Positions 46,217-57,507 of a stretch of DNA of 64,000 bases are shown here, in pieces. Position 1 is the first letter of the stretch. Each line of letters opens with the position of its first letter. Under the pieces are notes generated by a model. That model was given only the letters and a program-made list of their open reading frames with translations, made no database searches and had not been told where the DNA came from. Source of the DNA: Elusimicrobiota bacterium (lineage in GTDB: Bacteria; Elusimicrobiota; Elusimicrobia; F11); contig JBGAON010000002.1 of assembly GCA_044221725.1 (NCBI GenBank), positions 384,001-448,000 of the forward strand. The letters run 5' to 3'. The position numbers and the translations under genes are program-made.

Positions 46217-47686
46217 ATGAATTCGAAAACAGCGAATGGTATCCACACCTGCGTGTCAACCGGTAACCCAGGGCTCGATGAAGTTCTTTCCGGAGGTTTC
46301 ACTCCGAACCGTCTTTATTTGATTGAAGGAGATCCCGGCTCCGGAAAAACAACCCTCGGCTTACAGTATTTGCTGGAAGGCGTTAAGAATGGGGAAACCG
46401 TCATGTATGTGACGCTTTCCGAAACAACCGAAGAATTGGCGGCGGTCGCCGCCTCTCACGGTTGGTCGCTTGACGGAATCCACGTGGTTGAACTTGTGCC
46501 GTCTGAGCGCGCGTTAGAAAGCGATGCGCAATATACGATGTTTCATCCTTCCGAAGTGGAATTGAACGAAACAACAAAGGCCGTGTTGGACAAGGTCGAG
46601 GAACACAAACCAACCCGAATCGTTTTTGATTCGCTTTCAGAAATGCGGTTGCTCGCGCAAAATCAATTGCGGTATCGGCGCCAAATCCTTGCGTTGAAAC
46701 AGTTTTTTGTTGGACGAAATTGCACGGTTGTGTTGTTGGATGACCGCACGGCCGAACAATCCGATATACAGCTCCAAAGTATCGCGCACGGTGTTTTAAC
46801 GCTCGAGCAATTATCTCCGAACTATGGCGCCGAACGTCGCCGACTGCGCGTCATGAAGTTTCGCGGAAAGAGATACCGCGGCGGATACCATGACTTCGTC
46901 ATTCGGCAGGGGGGAATTGATATTTTCCCGAGGTTGATAGCGGCGGAGCATCACAGCGCGTTTTCGCAACAGCTTCTTTTGAGCGGCAATGCCGGGTTGG
47001 ATGCGCTTATGGGCGGTGGAATCAATCCGGGAACAAGCACGCTGTTAATCGGACCCGCCGGTGCGGGCAAATCTTCTCTTGGTATGCAATATGTGGTTGC
47101 GGCGGCGAACCGAGGACAGAAGTCTTGCGTATTTATCTTTGATGAGAGCATCAACACGTATTTAACGCGAAGCGCCGGCCTTGGAATGGATTTGGCTCCA
47201 TATATTGAAAACAAGCAAGTGACTCTCCAACAGGTTGATCCGGCCGAATTGTCGCCGGGAGAATTCGCCGGAGCCGTCCGTGCCGCGGTCGCCAAACACG
47301 GTCCTCGCGTGATTGTTATTGACAGTCTCAATGGATATTTAAACTCTATGCCCGAAGAAGACTTTCTCACCGTGCAAATGCACGAGCTGCTGACGTATCT
47401 TGGCCAGATCGGAGTCAACACATTCCTTGTGGTGGCCCAAGCAGGCTTGATTGGTGCGATGTCCGCACCTATTGATGTGAGTTATCTCGCTGATAACGTG
47501 ATTCTCTTCCGATATTTCGAGTCAAAAGGGGCCATCCGTCAGGCCATTTCGGTGATTAAAAAACGCTCGGGTAACCACGAGCGAACGATTCGCGAGCTCA
47601 GTATGAGCGGTGCCGGTATTAAAATTGGTGAACCTCTTTTACGGTTTTCAGGAATTCTGCAGGGGACGCCAACATTCGATGAATAG
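46217..47686 (+). CDS. Double-domain KaiC-like ATPase
   Basis: Two RecA-type domains ([16 protein letters not shown]), VFDSLS and VIDSL, VSYLAD and [10 protein letters not shown] motifs. Confidence 0.92.
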   Translation: MNSKTANGIHTCVSTGNPGLDEVLSGGFTPNRLYLIEGDPGSGKTTLGLQYLLEGVKNGETVMYVTLSETTEELAAVAASHGWSLDGIHVVELVPSERALESDAQYTMFHPSEVELNETTKAVLDKVEEHKPTRIVFDSLSEMRLLAQNQLRYRRQILALKQFFVGRNCTVVLLDDRTAEQSDIQLQSIAHGVLTLEQLSPNYGAERRRLRVMKFRGKRYRGGYHDFVIRQGGIDIFPRLIAAEHHSAFSQQLLLSGNAGLDALMGGGINPGTSTLLIGPAGAGKSSLGMQYVVAAANRGQKSCVFIFDESINTYLTRSAGLGMDLAPYIENKQVTLQQVDPAELSPGEFAGAVRAAVAKHGPRVIVIDSLNGYLNSMPEEDFLTVQMHELLTYLGQIGVNTFLVVAQAGLIGAMSAPIDVSYLADNVILFRYFESKGAIRQAISVIKKRSGNHERTIRELSMSGAGIKIGEPLLRFSGILQGTPTFDE

Positions 47687-48869
47687 CCTTTTCGAAAGAA
47701 TCTTGATTCTCGCCCCAACGGGTAAGGATGCGATGCTCAGCCAGCGAATTCTTACCGAAGCGGGCCTAAAGGCAGAACCTGTACCGGATATGGAGCAATT
47801 GTGCCGAAAAATTGAAGAGGGAGCAGGCGCCGTTATTCTCACAGAGGAATCTGTGGAGGAAGACCGCGCGAGAAGGTTGCGGGCCACGTTACAGAAAGAA
47901 CAGTCGTGGTCGGATATTCCGATTCTTGTGATTACGAAGGGCGGGGCCGATTCACCAGTGGCCGCCCATGCATTGGAAAAACTGGGGGATGTGATTTTGC
48001 TGGAGCGACCCGTGCGGATCGGCACATTGGTGAGTGCGTGCCGGGCATCTCTTCGAACTCGGAATCGGCAATTGGCCTTGCAAAAAAAAGAGGCGGAGTT
48101 GGTCGAGAAGACCGATCGGCTTATTCAGTCGAATCTCGAGTTGGAACAATTTGCGTATGTTAGTTCGCATGATCTTCAGGAGCCGTTGCGAAAAATTTCG
48201 TTGATGACGGATTTAATGGCGATCCAATGCAGCGATAAGCTTGATGACAATGGACGTCGTCAGCTTCAAGGCATCGCGGATGGTTCCCGTCGAATGGGCC
48301 AATTAATAAAGGATTTGCTTGATTATGCGCGACTGACAAAATCGGATTCCTCAGCCGAAGAGACGGATTTGAACGCGGTGCTGAAGCAAGTATTATCGGA
48401 TCTCGAGATCCGGATAAATGAGAAACAGGCGCGTGTGAGCTTCGACACGTTGCCCACGGTTACCGCGGAAAAGGCACGTTTGCATCATGTGTTTCTCAAT
48501 CTTATTAGTAACGCACTGAAATTTTCTCGAAGCGAACCACCGGAAATCCATGTGACGTCGCACGAGGAAAATGGATTTGTCCGCATTTCGATCTCGGACA
48601 ACGGGATTGGAATTGATCCGTTGTTTTCCGCGAAAATTTTTCAGGTTTTTCAGCGGCTTCACAGTCGGCACAAATATCCGGGGACGGGCATTGGACTCGC
48701 AATCTGTAAGAAGGTTGTCGAACATCACGGCGGAAAGATATGGGTTGAGTCCAAACTCGGCGAAGGATCAACGTTTCACTTTACGCTTCCCGTCATCCCC
48801 TCTGGAAATCCGGGCAATCAAAACCCTCTCGTGAATTCCGAACGCGCGGCTTTCGCGACCGCAAATTAG
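47679..48869 (+). CDS. Cytoplasmic sensor histidine kinase with N-terminal pseudo-receiver
   Basis: ATG 47679 overlaps the KaiC stop; H box [10 protein letters not shown] box [10 protein letters not shown] boxes DNGIGI and GTGIGLAIC. Confidence 0.92.
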   Translation: MNSLFERILILAPTGKDAMLSQRILTEAGLKAEPVPDMEQLCRKIEEGAGAVILTEESVEEDRARRLRATLQKEQSWSDIPILVITKGGADSPVAAHALEKLGDVILLERPVRIGTLVSACRASLRTRNRQLALQKKEAELVEKTDRLIQSNLELEQFAYVSSHDLQEPLRKISLMTDLMAIQCSDKLDDNGRRQLQGIADGSRRMGQLIKDLLDYARLTKSDSSAEETDLNAVLKQVLSDLEIRINEKQARVSFDTLPTVTAEKARLHHVFLNLISNALKFSRSEPPEIHVTSHEENGFVRISISDNGIGIDPLFSAKIFQVFQRLHSRHKYPGTGIGLAICKKVVEHHGGKIWVESKLGEGSTFHFTLPVIPSGNPGNQNPLVNSERAAFATAN

Positions 48870-50605
48870 TCGCTTTCGCTGGAATGAAGGAGTCCTTTGT
48901 AGATTCCGATGAGATTGCTTTTGGTGACGATTCCGATAATTTTTTTATTGGCGTCCACCACCACAATTCGATCAACGTCATGGACGTTCATCAGACGTAC
49001 GGCTTCCGTAAGAGATCTGTGCGGGTCCACCGTCGGTGCGGATCGGCGCATAACGTCGCGAGCCGTACGTTCATCGGTTTTTGATCCCGCCCCAAATGTT
49101 TTTTTGAGCTCGGCGTACGTCAGAAGTCCCACCAGCTCGCCGTTCTCTTCAACGACCGGATAACCTGTGTGCGAATGATGAGAGATAAAGTCGGACACGG
49201 CCCCCAACGTCATTGTGGCCGGAATCGTTATCACTCGGCGCGTCATTACTTGCTCCACGTGGTATTTCTCGAGCGCTCGTAGTTCGGCGATTTCGTGGGT
49301 GCGCACCCCTTTCTTCAGTAACTTGCGGGTGTCGATGCTCTCTGGATCCAATGTTCGCGCGAAAGCGGTGGTGACACCGACGGCAAACATTAAAGGCAAC
49401 ACGAGATTGTAATCGCCGGTTAGTTCAAACATCAAAATTATGGCCGTGAACGGTGCAAAGGTTATTCCGGCAAACATCGCGCCCATTCCGACGATCATGT
49501 AGGCGCCCGCAGGGGCGGCCGCTGGAAAGACGAAATGCACGGCGCGGCCCACGCCGCCGCCGACCATAGCGCCCATTAACAGAAATGGAATAAAAATTCC
49601 GCCCGAGCCACCGGATCCAATCGTCACGGCGCAGGCAACAATCTTTGCCAGCAGCAGGATCAACATTGCGTTCGACGTCCACGGCTGAACAAATTCGGCG
49701 TCCAGCACACGCGGAATAACATCGTGGCCGTTTCCCATGACGTCCGGCACCCCAAGTGCGAGCAGCCCAATAATGGCGCCTCCGGTCATTGTTTTTATGT
49801 ACGGTGGAACTTTCCAGTCAGCGAATGCGTGGTCGACCGCGAAGTATGTTTGGACAAAAAATTTGGCCACAATGGCGGCAAGAATTGCGAGAGCGGCGTA
49901 GAAAACAAGCTCGACGGGATGATTGAACGCGAAACTCGGAGGCACCCGCACAAATTCGCGATTCCCAAGCAAAAGGTGGGTTGATATGGAGGCCGTAACG
50001 GTCGAGAGGATCACCATCACAAATGTTTCCGATGCGAATTCGCGGAGCAGCACCTCGATTGCAAATAACACACCGGCGATGGGCGCGTTGAAAACCGCCG
50101 CGAAACCCGCTGCAGCGCCGGCAATGGCCAGATTCTTCACTTGTTCGGCCGATAGTTTTCGTGCACCGGCCAAATAAGACCCGATTCCCGCACCAATGGA
50201 GACCACGGGTGCTTCCGGGCCGGCCGCCGCGCCGGAGCACGTGGTAAAAATACTGGCTATTGTTTTAATCACCGTGTAACGGGGTGAAATTTTTCCATCT
50301 TTTCGCCGCAACGCGTACATAAGATCGGCGGTGCCTGTGCCCTTTGCGTTCGGATCCCATAACAATGCGAGACCCGCGAGTAAACCGCCAATCGTCGGAA
50401 TTAAAAAAATCAACAAGCGGCCCACCGCGATACCCAAAAAGCGGGATTCTCCGGGGTGCGATGGCCAAAACTCTACCGTTTCAATCAGTCGAATGAACGC
50501 CCATGCAGAAACGCTTGTGCCGAGGCCAACCAGCAGCGCGAGTGCGAAAAGCAACTTGGTTTCCGTAAAACGGACGAGGCGAAGCAGTTTGCTCCAAGCA
50601 ATCAT
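48866..50605 (-). CDS. ClC-family anion channel/transporter with tandem CBS domains
   Basis: [21 protein letters not shown] and GGSGGIFIP motifs; two C-terminal CBS domains. Confidence 0.93.
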   Translation of the reverse strand: MIAWSKLLRLVRFTETKLLFALALLVGLGTSVSAWAFIRLIETVEFWPSHPGESRFLGIAVGRLLIFLIPTIGGLLAGLALLWDPNAKGTGTADLMYALRRKDGKISPRYTVIKTIASIFTTCSGAAAGPEAPVVSIGAGIGSYLAGARKLSAEQVKNLAIAGAAAGFAAVFNAPIAGVLFAIEVLLREFASETFVMVILSTVTASISTHLLLGNREFVRVPPSFAFNHPVELVFYAALAILAAIVAKFFVQTYFAVDHAFADWKVPPYIKTMTGGAIIGLLALGVPDVMGNGHDVIPRVLDAEFVQPWTSNAMLILLLAKIVACAVTIGSGGSGGIFIPFLLMGAMVGGGVGRAVHFVFPAAAPAGAYMIVGMGAMFAGITFAPFTAIILMFELTGDYNLVLPLMFAVGVTTAFARTLDPESIDTRKLLKKGVRTHEIAELRALEKYHVEQVMTRRVITIPATMTLGAVSDFISHHSHTGYPVVEENGELVGLLTYAELKKTFGAGSKTDERTARDVMRRSAPTVDPHRSLTEAVRLMNVHDVDRIVVVDANKKIIGIVTKSNLIGIYKGLLHSSESD

Positions 50606-50742
50606 GGGTTGGCGATGGACCTCTTGTTATTCATGAAGATGCGTATATCTTAGGTTTTTTTACAACTCGGTCGAAGACGTGCATCCATCGATAGTGTTTT
50701 CAATTCGTATGAAATGGGTAGATTCTGAAAGTGAGGTGTGTG

Positions 50743-52095
50743 ATGCTGCGTGAAACGAATGCGTTGCCGCGAATAAGAGTCGTCGGCGGCGGATTTGCTG
50801 GACTTGAGACGGCGCGGGCTCTCGCGAACGCACCGGTAAAGATTCTGCTTTGCGACCGGCGTAACCATCATGTGTTTCAACCTTTGCTGTATCAAGTCGC
50901 CACGGCGTCGCTCTCTCCAGCGGACATCAGTGCACCCATTCGGTCGATTCTACGGGAACAAGACAACTGCGAAGTTGCGCTGGCCGAGGTAACCGGAGTG
51001 GACCTGGGGAATCGCCGTCTTCTGCTTGGTCGTGATTTTGTCGGCTACGATTATCTTGTGCTTGCGGCCGGAGCGACCCATGCCTATTTTGGTCACGAGC
51101 AATGGGCGGAAATTGCGCCGGGACTTAAGACGATCGAAGACGCGACGGCGCTGCGCCGCCGAATTCTTTTGGCATTTGAATCCGCCGAATACGAAGGAAG
51201 CGCCGACGCTCGCCGCGCTGCGCTTACCTTCGGAATTGTCGGAGCCGGTCCGACCGGGGTGGAGTTGGCGGGTGCGATAAAGGAGATCGCGGGTCGCACG
51301 TTGCCGAAAGACTACAAACACATCGACACGCGAACCACGCGCGTGATTATTTTCCAAGGGGGCGACCGCGTTCTTCCTTCGTTGCCTTCCAAATTAAGCG
51401 CGCGTGCCAAAAAAGACCTCGAAGATATGGGAGTGGAGGTGCGCCTCAACTCGCGCGTCACCGATGTGACCGAAGAGGGCGTTTACATTGGCGATGAATT
51501 TATTGCCGTGCGAAATGTGTTTTGGGCGGCCGGTGTGCGGGCGAATTCACTGGGACGAAAATTGGGCGTTCCGGTCGACAAAGTGGGGCGAGTGATTGTG
51601 AATTCAGATCTCAGCGTGCCGGGCCATCCGGAAGTGTTTGTCATCGGCGATATGGCCGCCGCGAAACTGGGTTCGGCGAACAATTTTGTTCCGGGAGTGG
51701 CCCAGGCAGCGATTCAGATGGGGCGATACGTTGGCAAAACCATTTTCAGCGAAGTTTCGAGTTCATCGAAACCAAGCGTTCGCGCGCCATTCCAATACCA
51801 TGATAAAGGCACGATGGCCGTCATCGGAAAAGCAAAGGCCGTGGCGAGCATTGGCAGGTTCCACTTCGGTGGTTTTTTTGCCTGGCTGCTGTGGGGCGGT
51901 GTGCATATCCGGTCATTGATCGGGCTCCATAACCGCGTGCAGGTGTTGCTGAACTGGTTTTGGAATTGGTTGCTAAACGCGCGCGATGCGCGGCTTATCA
52001 CGGGGAATTCGAAACTTACAATTGAGAAGCCACGTTCGGCGGATTTTGTCTCCGCGACGCCGGTAGACGACAAATCAGCGGCCAAACAAAATTGA
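50743..52095 (+). CDS. ndh: Type II NADH dehydrogenase (Ndh family)
   Basis: GGGFAG, HHVFQPLLYQVAT, GAGPTGVELAG, FVIGD and AQAAIQMG motifs; SD GAGGTG. Confidence 0.92.
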   Translation: MLRETNALPRIRVVGGGFAGLETARALANAPVKILLCDRRNHHVFQPLLYQVATASLSPADISAPIRSILREQDNCEVALAEVTGVDLGNRRLLLGRDFVGYDYLVLAAGATHAYFGHEQWAEIAPGLKTIEDATALRRRILLAFESAEYEGSADARRAALTFGIVGAGPTGVELAGAIKEIAGRTLPKDYKHIDTRTTRVIIFQGGDRVLPSLPSKLSARAKKDLEDMGVEVRLNSRVTDVTEEGVYIGDEFIAVRNVFWAAGVRANSLGRKLGVPVDKVGRVIVNSDLSVPGHPEVFVIGDMAAAKLGSANNFVPGVAQAAIQMGRYVGKTIFSEVSSSSKPSVRAPFQYHDKGTMAVIGKAKAVASIGRFHFGGFFAWLLWGGVHIRSLIGLHNRVQVLLNWFWNWLLNARDARLITGNSKLTIEKPRSADFVSATPVDDKSAAKQN

Positions 52096-52137
52096 TCAGC
52101 CCCATGTTGGCGCGCGGATAAGTTATAGTGCCGACCT

Positions 52138-53403
52138 ATGGGATTTTCACGATTTAATTTATCGAGCTCGCTTCTGCAAGCAATCACGCAACTCGGCTAT
52201 GCCGAGCCGACTCCGATCCAACAGCAGGCGATTCCAGAAGCGTTGAAGGGGCGCGATCTCCGCGCATGCGCTCAAACAGGGACCGGAAAAACGTGCGCGT
52301 TCATGATTCCAATTGTGGAACAGTTGATTTGCCATCCGCCCACGCATCGACCGAGCGCGTTGATTTTGACGCCTACGCGAGAGCTCGCCGCACAAATAGT
52401 TTCGGTGACGCATGGCTTGATAAAAGGCTCGCGGCTTCGCACGGCGCTTGTTCTGGGGGGCGTGAACATCAACCAGCAAATTCGAGAACTTCGTTCGCCC
52501 GTGGACATTGTTGTAGCGACGCCCGGCCGCTTGTTGGATTTGCTTGAACGAAACAGCCTTACTCTCCGCTACATTAAAACGTTGGTGCTTGATGAAGCGG
52601 ACCGCATGCTGGATATGGGGTTTTTACCGGACATCAAGCGTATTCGAGCGCAGGTTCCGTATCAACGGCAGACGATGCTTTTTTCCGCCACGTTTGGACC
52701 TGAAATTAAAAATCTAACGCACGAGTTTCTCAAAAACCCGGTTGTGATCGAGGTATCTCGCTCATCAACAGCCACATCCGCAAACGTGACGCAAATGGTC
52801 TATCCGGTCCCTTCGGGTCAAAAAAAGGCGTTTTTGCAAGCGCTGCTGGAGCTCTCGAACATGACGTCGGCCTTGATATTCACGCGCACCAAGCACGGCG
52901 CCAACAAACTGATGTTTAGTATTCAAGGTTGGGGGAAACAGGTCGCTGTCATCCATTCGAATAAAAGCCAGTCCGCACGGCAACAAGCGCTGCAAGGATT
53001 CAAAGACAAGCGTTATCAGATCCTGGTTGCCACGGATATTGCGGCGCGCGGTATTGATGTGAAAGATATTAGCCACGTGATTAACTACGATGTTCCGCGT
53101 CACGCCGAGGACTATGTTCATCGTATTGGACGCACCGGTCGTGCCGAGGCGGTCGGAGAGGCATTCACGCTTGTTTCTCCTGAAGAAGAAGAATTCATTA
53201 AAAAGATAGAAAACTTCATCAAAAAACCGATCCCACGAGGCGTTATTCCTGATTTTCCATACGAACAGCGCCCGCAGATTTTTAAAAACTCTCCAACAAC
53301 GCCTTCGGCGTCGCAACACCACCAACATCGGTCACCATCGCACAACCGACCGGAAAATCGCCCGCGCCGCCGAAAAATTCGCTGGCGTCGACGCCATCAT
53401 TGA
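52138..53403 (+). CDS. DEAD-box RNA helicase (RhlE-like)
   Basis: Q motif PTPIQ, AQTGTGKT, PTRELA, DEAD, SAT and HRIGRTGR motifs; basic C-terminal tail. Confidence 0.96.
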   Translation: MGFSRFNLSSSLLQAITQLGYAEPTPIQQQAIPEALKGRDLRACAQTGTGKTCAFMIPIVEQLICHPPTHRPSALILTPTRELAAQIVSVTHGLIKGSRLRTALVLGGVNINQQIRELRSPVDIVVATPGRLLDLLERNSLTLRYIKTLVLDEADRMLDMGFLPDIKRIRAQVPYQRQTMLFSATFGPEIKNLTHEFLKNPVVIEVSRSSTATSANVTQMVYPVPSGQKKAFLQALLELSNMTSALIFTRTKHGANKLMFSIQGWGKQVAVIHSNKSQSARQQALQGFKDKRYQILVATDIAARGIDVKDISHVINYDVPRHAEDYVHRIGRTGRAEAVGEAFTLVSPEEEEFIKKIENFIKKPIPRGVIPDFPYEQRPQIFKNSPTTPSASQHHQHRSPSHNRPENRPRRRKIRWRRRHH

Positions 53404-53404
53404 T

Positions 53405-54175
53405 GTGAGCTTCGGAGTCCACGTCCTGGCTTTTTCAGTGCTTTTTTTTCTTTCGCTGGTCGGGTTCATCCTTTTGGGATGGCGCTATGGTCGAAGCGCG
53501 GCGCGGCCGGGTGACTCAATGGAGGGCTTAAGAGGAACGGAGGCCGCCATATTCGGTGTGCTCGGTCTTTTGCTCGCTTTCACATTTCATGGCGCTGCTT
53601 CCCGGTTCGATGAACGACGCCATTTGGTTGTTGATGAAAGCAACGCTATTGGAACCGCCTACCTTCGTTTGGATTTGCTTCCATCATCCGTTCGAAATGA
53701 AGCACAAGATTTGTTCAGGCAATATGTGGATGAACGCCTGGCCACGTATTCGAACTGGTTGGATGACCAAACACGCGATCAAAGATCCCAGGCAGCGCAG
53801 CAGATCCAAAATCGGATTTGGGCGCTTACCATCGCATCGATAGAGAAAGGCGCATCATCGCAGGTGGGAATCTTGTTGCTGCCGGCCCTCAACCAGATGT
53901 TCGATATCGCCAACACCCGCATGATGTACGTCCGTATCCATCCACCGATGATTATTTATCTTTTGTTGACCGCCATTGCCCTCTTGTGTGCGACGATTGC
54001 TGGACACAGCATGGCACGGTATCCGGTGCGCAATTGGCTGCATATTCTCGGCTTTTCATTTATGCTTGCGCTCATTTTTTACGTAATTATCGATATCGAA
54101 TACCCGCGCGCTGGATTTATTCGCTTAAATGACATCGATCAAACGCTGCTTGATCTTCGACAAAGCATGAAATAA
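53405..54175 (+). CDS. DUF4239/bestrophin-like membrane protein
   Basis: LLLAFTF..A..RFDERR..VVDESNAIGTAYLR; IIDIEYPRAGFIR. Confidence 0.75.
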   Translation: MSFGVHVLAFSVLFFLSLVGFILLGWRYGRSAARPGDSMEGLRGTEAAIFGVLGLLLAFTFHGAASRFDERRHLVVDESNAIGTAYLRLDLLPSSVRNEAQDLFRQYVDERLATYSNWLDDQTRDQRSQAAQQIQNRIWALTIASIEKGASSQVGILLLPALNQMFDIANTRMMYVRIHPPMIIYLLLTAIALLCATIAGHSMARYPVRNWLHILGFSFMLALIFYVIIDIEYPRAGFIRLNDIDQTLLDLRQSMK

Positions 54176-54222
54176 ATCGCCACGGCGCAAAGACTTGCCA
54201 ACAGTTGATATGATCCGCGCCG

Positions 54223-55317
54223 ATGAACGAATTCAAGACAGACCGGTTTAATTTTTATTTTGTTGGCGCGCTGCTGCTGATCGGCTTCAATGTTTGGCAC
54301 ACCACCACGAGGCCCCTGTGGCCGGGCTCGATCCGTAAGTCCTTAACGATTGGAGAGCCGGTTATCGCGCTCGCCAAGACCGTGGATCCAAAAATCGAAA
54401 TTTCTCGGCCCTATGATGGTCAGTTTGTGTACGCAATCTCTCTTGACCCGTTGATTTTAACCCGCGCTTCTATTTCTTCGATCGATTTGCCCACCTATCG
54501 TTACCGCCGCATGCTGTTGCCGTTTCTCGCGTGGGTTTTGAGCCTCGGTCATTTGCCGATAATTCCGTATTTCCTTTTTGTTCTAAACCTGGCCGCTTGG
54601 ATTGCGATTGGTATGGCGGGGGCACAAATCGCAAAAATTGAAAAGATAAACGCGGCGGTGGTCGTTCTTGGGCTCGTAACGATTGCAGGTCTCAGCTTTT
54701 CGGCTGTGCGCTCGCTCACGGAGCCGATGTCGGTGGCGTTTACGTTGTGGGCTTGTGTCTGGTACCGGAAAAACAATTTTTTACCGATGATCGTGTGCTT
54801 CGCATTGGCCATGCTCGCGCGCGAGCGCGCCGTCGTGGCGGCGCTCGTTGTCTGCGCCTACGGAATCTACGAACGCAAATATTCGCTCGTGAGAGGCCTC
54901 TTGATGTTTGCGGCTATTTGCGGGCCGCTCGCCTTGTGGATGCTCTACGTAAAATGGCGCATCCCGGCTGATTCGTATCCGTACGCCTCCCGAATGACAC
55001 TGCCGGGTATCGGTTTTTGGCGGGAAACGGTTTGGGCCGGAACATACAACACGACAAAAACCGAACTCGTGCGGTCGCTCAGCATCAATATTGTATTCAT
55101 CCTAATGACCGTATTTGCATCGGTTTTCTTTTGGCGTCGGCGGAATGTGTGGGGCGCTTTGGCGCTGTGCGAGTTGATTTTTTGTTCGATGTTGCAAGGC
55201 GGGCTGTGGAACAATTGGGTGGATTCCTCGCGCATGGTTTTGCCGCCGACCGCATTTTTTCTCGTTTGGCTGTTCACGATAAAGTCCGTGTCCGCCGCGC
55301 CGGGCCGATCAACATGA
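54223..55317 (+). CDS. Polytopic GT-C-like membrane protein (YDGQF family, surface glycopolymer-related)
   Basis: YDGQFVYAISLDP and YRYRRMLLP loop followed by many TM helices. Confidence 0.6.
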   Translation: MNEFKTDRFNFYFVGALLLIGFNVWHTTTRPLWPGSIRKSLTIGEPVIALAKTVDPKIEISRPYDGQFVYAISLDPLILTRASISSIDLPTYRYRRMLLPFLAWVLSLGHLPIIPYFLFVLNLAAWIAIGMAGAQIAKIEKINAAVVVLGLVTIAGLSFSAVRSLTEPMSVAFTLWACVWYRKNNFLPMIVCFALAMLARERAVVAALVVCAYGIYERKYSLVRGLLMFAAICGPLALWMLYVKWRIPADSYPYASRMTLPGIGFWRETVWAGTYNTTKTELVRSLSINIVFILMTVFASVFFWRRRNVWGALALCELIFCSMLQGGLWNNWVDSSRMVLPPTAFFLVWLFTIKSVSAAPGRST

Positions 55318-56615
55318 AATCGCTGACTTTCACTCAAAAATTCACCACGGCCCTGTTGTTTGCGTTTGCGCTGGCGATCCTCACGATTCACATCAACAAC
55401 GACTGGGAGTTGGTTCATGAAGAAGATAGCGCGATTTACACCACTATCGCGTTAAGTCATAACTTTCTCGGTTTTCGACGGACGAACTTTCACGATGTGT
55501 TTTATGATCGCCATGAGAAGAACGCGTACTTTTATGCGCATCATCCACCATTGGCTTCGATCTTATTGGCGCTCGTGTTCCGAGCGGTCGGATACGACGC
55601 GCCGTGGGTGGTGCGATCGCTGCCAATTTCGTTTCAGCTGATTAACTTGGCGCTGCTGCTCTTTTTCCTCAGTCGAAAGTTTGACTACGACGATGTTTTG
55701 TTTGCGGGATTTGTTTGGGCCGCGATCCCTATGGGCGCCTTTTTTGGGCGTGTTTTTACGCAAACGGTCTTGGCGTCGGTTCCAATTCTCGTGCAGCTGA
55801 TTTCTTATTACTTCTTCAAAACGACAAACCAGAGACGTTGGAAAATTGTTTTTTACGTCATGATCGTTTTTGGTGCGCTGATCGATTGGAGTCCGCTGTT
55901 TTTCTCGCTTACGTATTTGCTTGTTGAAAGCTGGGAATGGTGGAAGACGCGAGCGAACACGGGCTTTGTGGTCGGCATCTTTTCTGTCATGGCGTTCATA
56001 ACGGTGTTTAATATCGTCCACATGTATTCCTGCGGTCACAATCTGCGGCTTTTTGAACAAGCGCTGCACGGCAACGCGCACAATCAGAAATTCACATTCG
56101 TTCAGTTCATCGGCACAGTGTTGGATTTTTATCGTCGCTATTTTACGCACGTGGGATTTGCGGCGAGCATTTTGGTCGGCATCGCACTAGCGCGGCGTTC
56201 AAGCGTCCTTCATGAAAAACTGTTCGGAACGATCAACGATCCGATGTTCGAGCGCGTCATGGGCATTGCGTTCGTGGGCGCCATGATCCACATCTGCATG
56301 ACGCCGTCGTACTCGAAGGTCCATCATTATTGGTATTTTTATTTTATGCCGTACGCCGTGCTTTCGATTTTTGTGCTTTTCTTGTTTTTAAAGGACCGTT
56401 TTTATTTGAAGCCGGCACGGCTGGTGTCGGCGGTGGTGTTTAGCGAATTCCTAATTATGTCGGTTTATATGCTCAATATTCGGCACACGCGTTGTTTGAA
56501 ATACTCGACGCAGTGGACGAAAGAGGTGCGGGAAAAGTATTTGATGCCGTGTTCCATCGCTCATCTGCCATACAATAAAGAGAATCTTCAAAAAATAAAT
56601 ACCGCGAATACGTAG
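55314..56615 (+). CDS. ArnT/PMT-like (GT39/GT83) glycosyltransferase
   Basis: ATGA overlap with the previous gene; acidic HEEDSA loop, YAHHPPL motif, multiple TM helices. Confidence 0.7.
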   Translation: MKSLTFTQKFTTALLFAFALAILTIHINNDWELVHEEDSAIYTTIALSHNFLGFRRTNFHDVFYDRHEKNAYFYAHHPPLASILLALVFRAVGYDAPWVVRSLPISFQLINLALLLFFLSRKFDYDDVLFAGFVWAAIPMGAFFGRVFTQTVLASVPILVQLISYYFFKTTNQRRWKIVFYVMIVFGALIDWSPLFFSLTYLLVESWEWWKTRANTGFVVGIFSVMAFITVFNIVHMYSCGHNLRLFEQALHGNAHNQKFTFVQFIGTVLDFYRRYFTHVGFAASILVGIALARRSSVLHEKLFGTINDPMFERVMGIAFVGAMIHICMTPSYSKVHHYWYFYFMPYAVLSIFVLFLFLKDRFYLKPARLVSAVVFSEFLIMSVYMLNIRHTRCLKYSTQWTKEVREKYLMPCSIAHLPYNKENLQKINTANT

Positions 56616-56618
56616 GGC

Positions 56619-57407
56619 TTATTTGTTCCAGCACAACACGCGGTTTCGGCCAGCGTGTTTTGCAGCGTACAATGCTTCGTCGGCTGCGTTAAAAAGATCT
56701 TCTCTGGTTCTTAGCTGGTCCGCGGGATAGTTCACAAGCCCTATGCTGACGGTGACCGTCACGCGTTTTCCGGCCAACTCAAAACAGTCTTTTTCGATCA
56801 TCTTTCGAATTCGTTCGGCAATGGCGAGCGCTTTCTCCTGATTTGTGTGCGGCAAGATCACCATGAACTCCTCGCCGCCAAGCCGGCCCACCGTATCAAC
56901 ATGCCGCAAGCTTTTTTTGAGAATGTTCGAGATTCGTTTCAAAACCGTATCGCCAAACGGGTGACCGTATTTGTCGTTGATTTTTTTGAAGTGATCGATA
57001 TCAATCAACAAACACGTCAGCGGCGAGCGGTACGAATTTTCCAATTCCAGTTCCAGTCGCTCGTGCGTGGCGCGCGCGTTTAAAAGCCCGGTGAGTCCAT
57101 CGCTGTCGGCCCGCTGCGAGAGCTCAAAATTATCGTCTCGAGCCGCTCGGGAATTCATTTCGAGGTCATCGTGGTGTTGACCGATAAGATAACCCAAGAG
57201 CGCGAACAAGCACGCGCTAGAGATGCCCATAAACAAATAAAAACTGTCCATGCGGTGAAGCTCGGTTTTCAACCACATGTGCCACCAGGCCGAGCGCGCG
57301 GAATAGGCGCGCCAAACGATCCAGTGCAGCGGGATTTCGAATCCCAGAAAAACGCCTGCGACAGCGTAGATAATGCGATTGCCCACGGTGGGTCCGGTTT
57401 CGGACAT
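56619..57407 (-). CDS. Membrane-bound diguanylate cyclase
   Basis: 2 TM helices; DGLTGLLN, DIDHFKKIND, RxxD I-site RHVD, GGEEF and AKHAGRN motifs. Confidence 0.93.
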   Translation of the reverse strand: MSETGPTVGNRIIYAVAGVFLGFEIPLHWIVWRAYSARSAWWHMWLKTELHRMDSFYLFMGISSACLFALLGYLIGQHHDDLEMNSRAARDDNFELSQRADSDGLTGLLNARATHERLELELENSYRSPLTCLLIDIDHFKKINDKYGHPFGDTVLKRISNILKKSLRHVDTVGRLGGEEFMVILPHTNQEKALAIAERIRKMIEKDCFELAGKRVTVTVSIGLVNYPADQLRTREDLFNAADEALYAAKHAGRNRVLCWNK

Positions 57408-57507
57408 ACTCGAGTTTTGTTGGTACGGGGCGCCCAGCGCAAGTCATTATTATTTGGTACATTTCACTCATCCGCACCCTACCTGAGCGGTTTCCTTCTT
57501 TAACGTA

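Noticed and set aside
44171..50605. Genomic island at tRNA-Asn
   Set aside because: No integrase or transposase, and I found no duplicated tRNA 3' end
55017..55313. N-terminal extension of the 532-aa ORF
   Set aside because: Overlaps the upstream gene by about 300 nt; ATG 55314 in an ATGA overlap is the more plausible start
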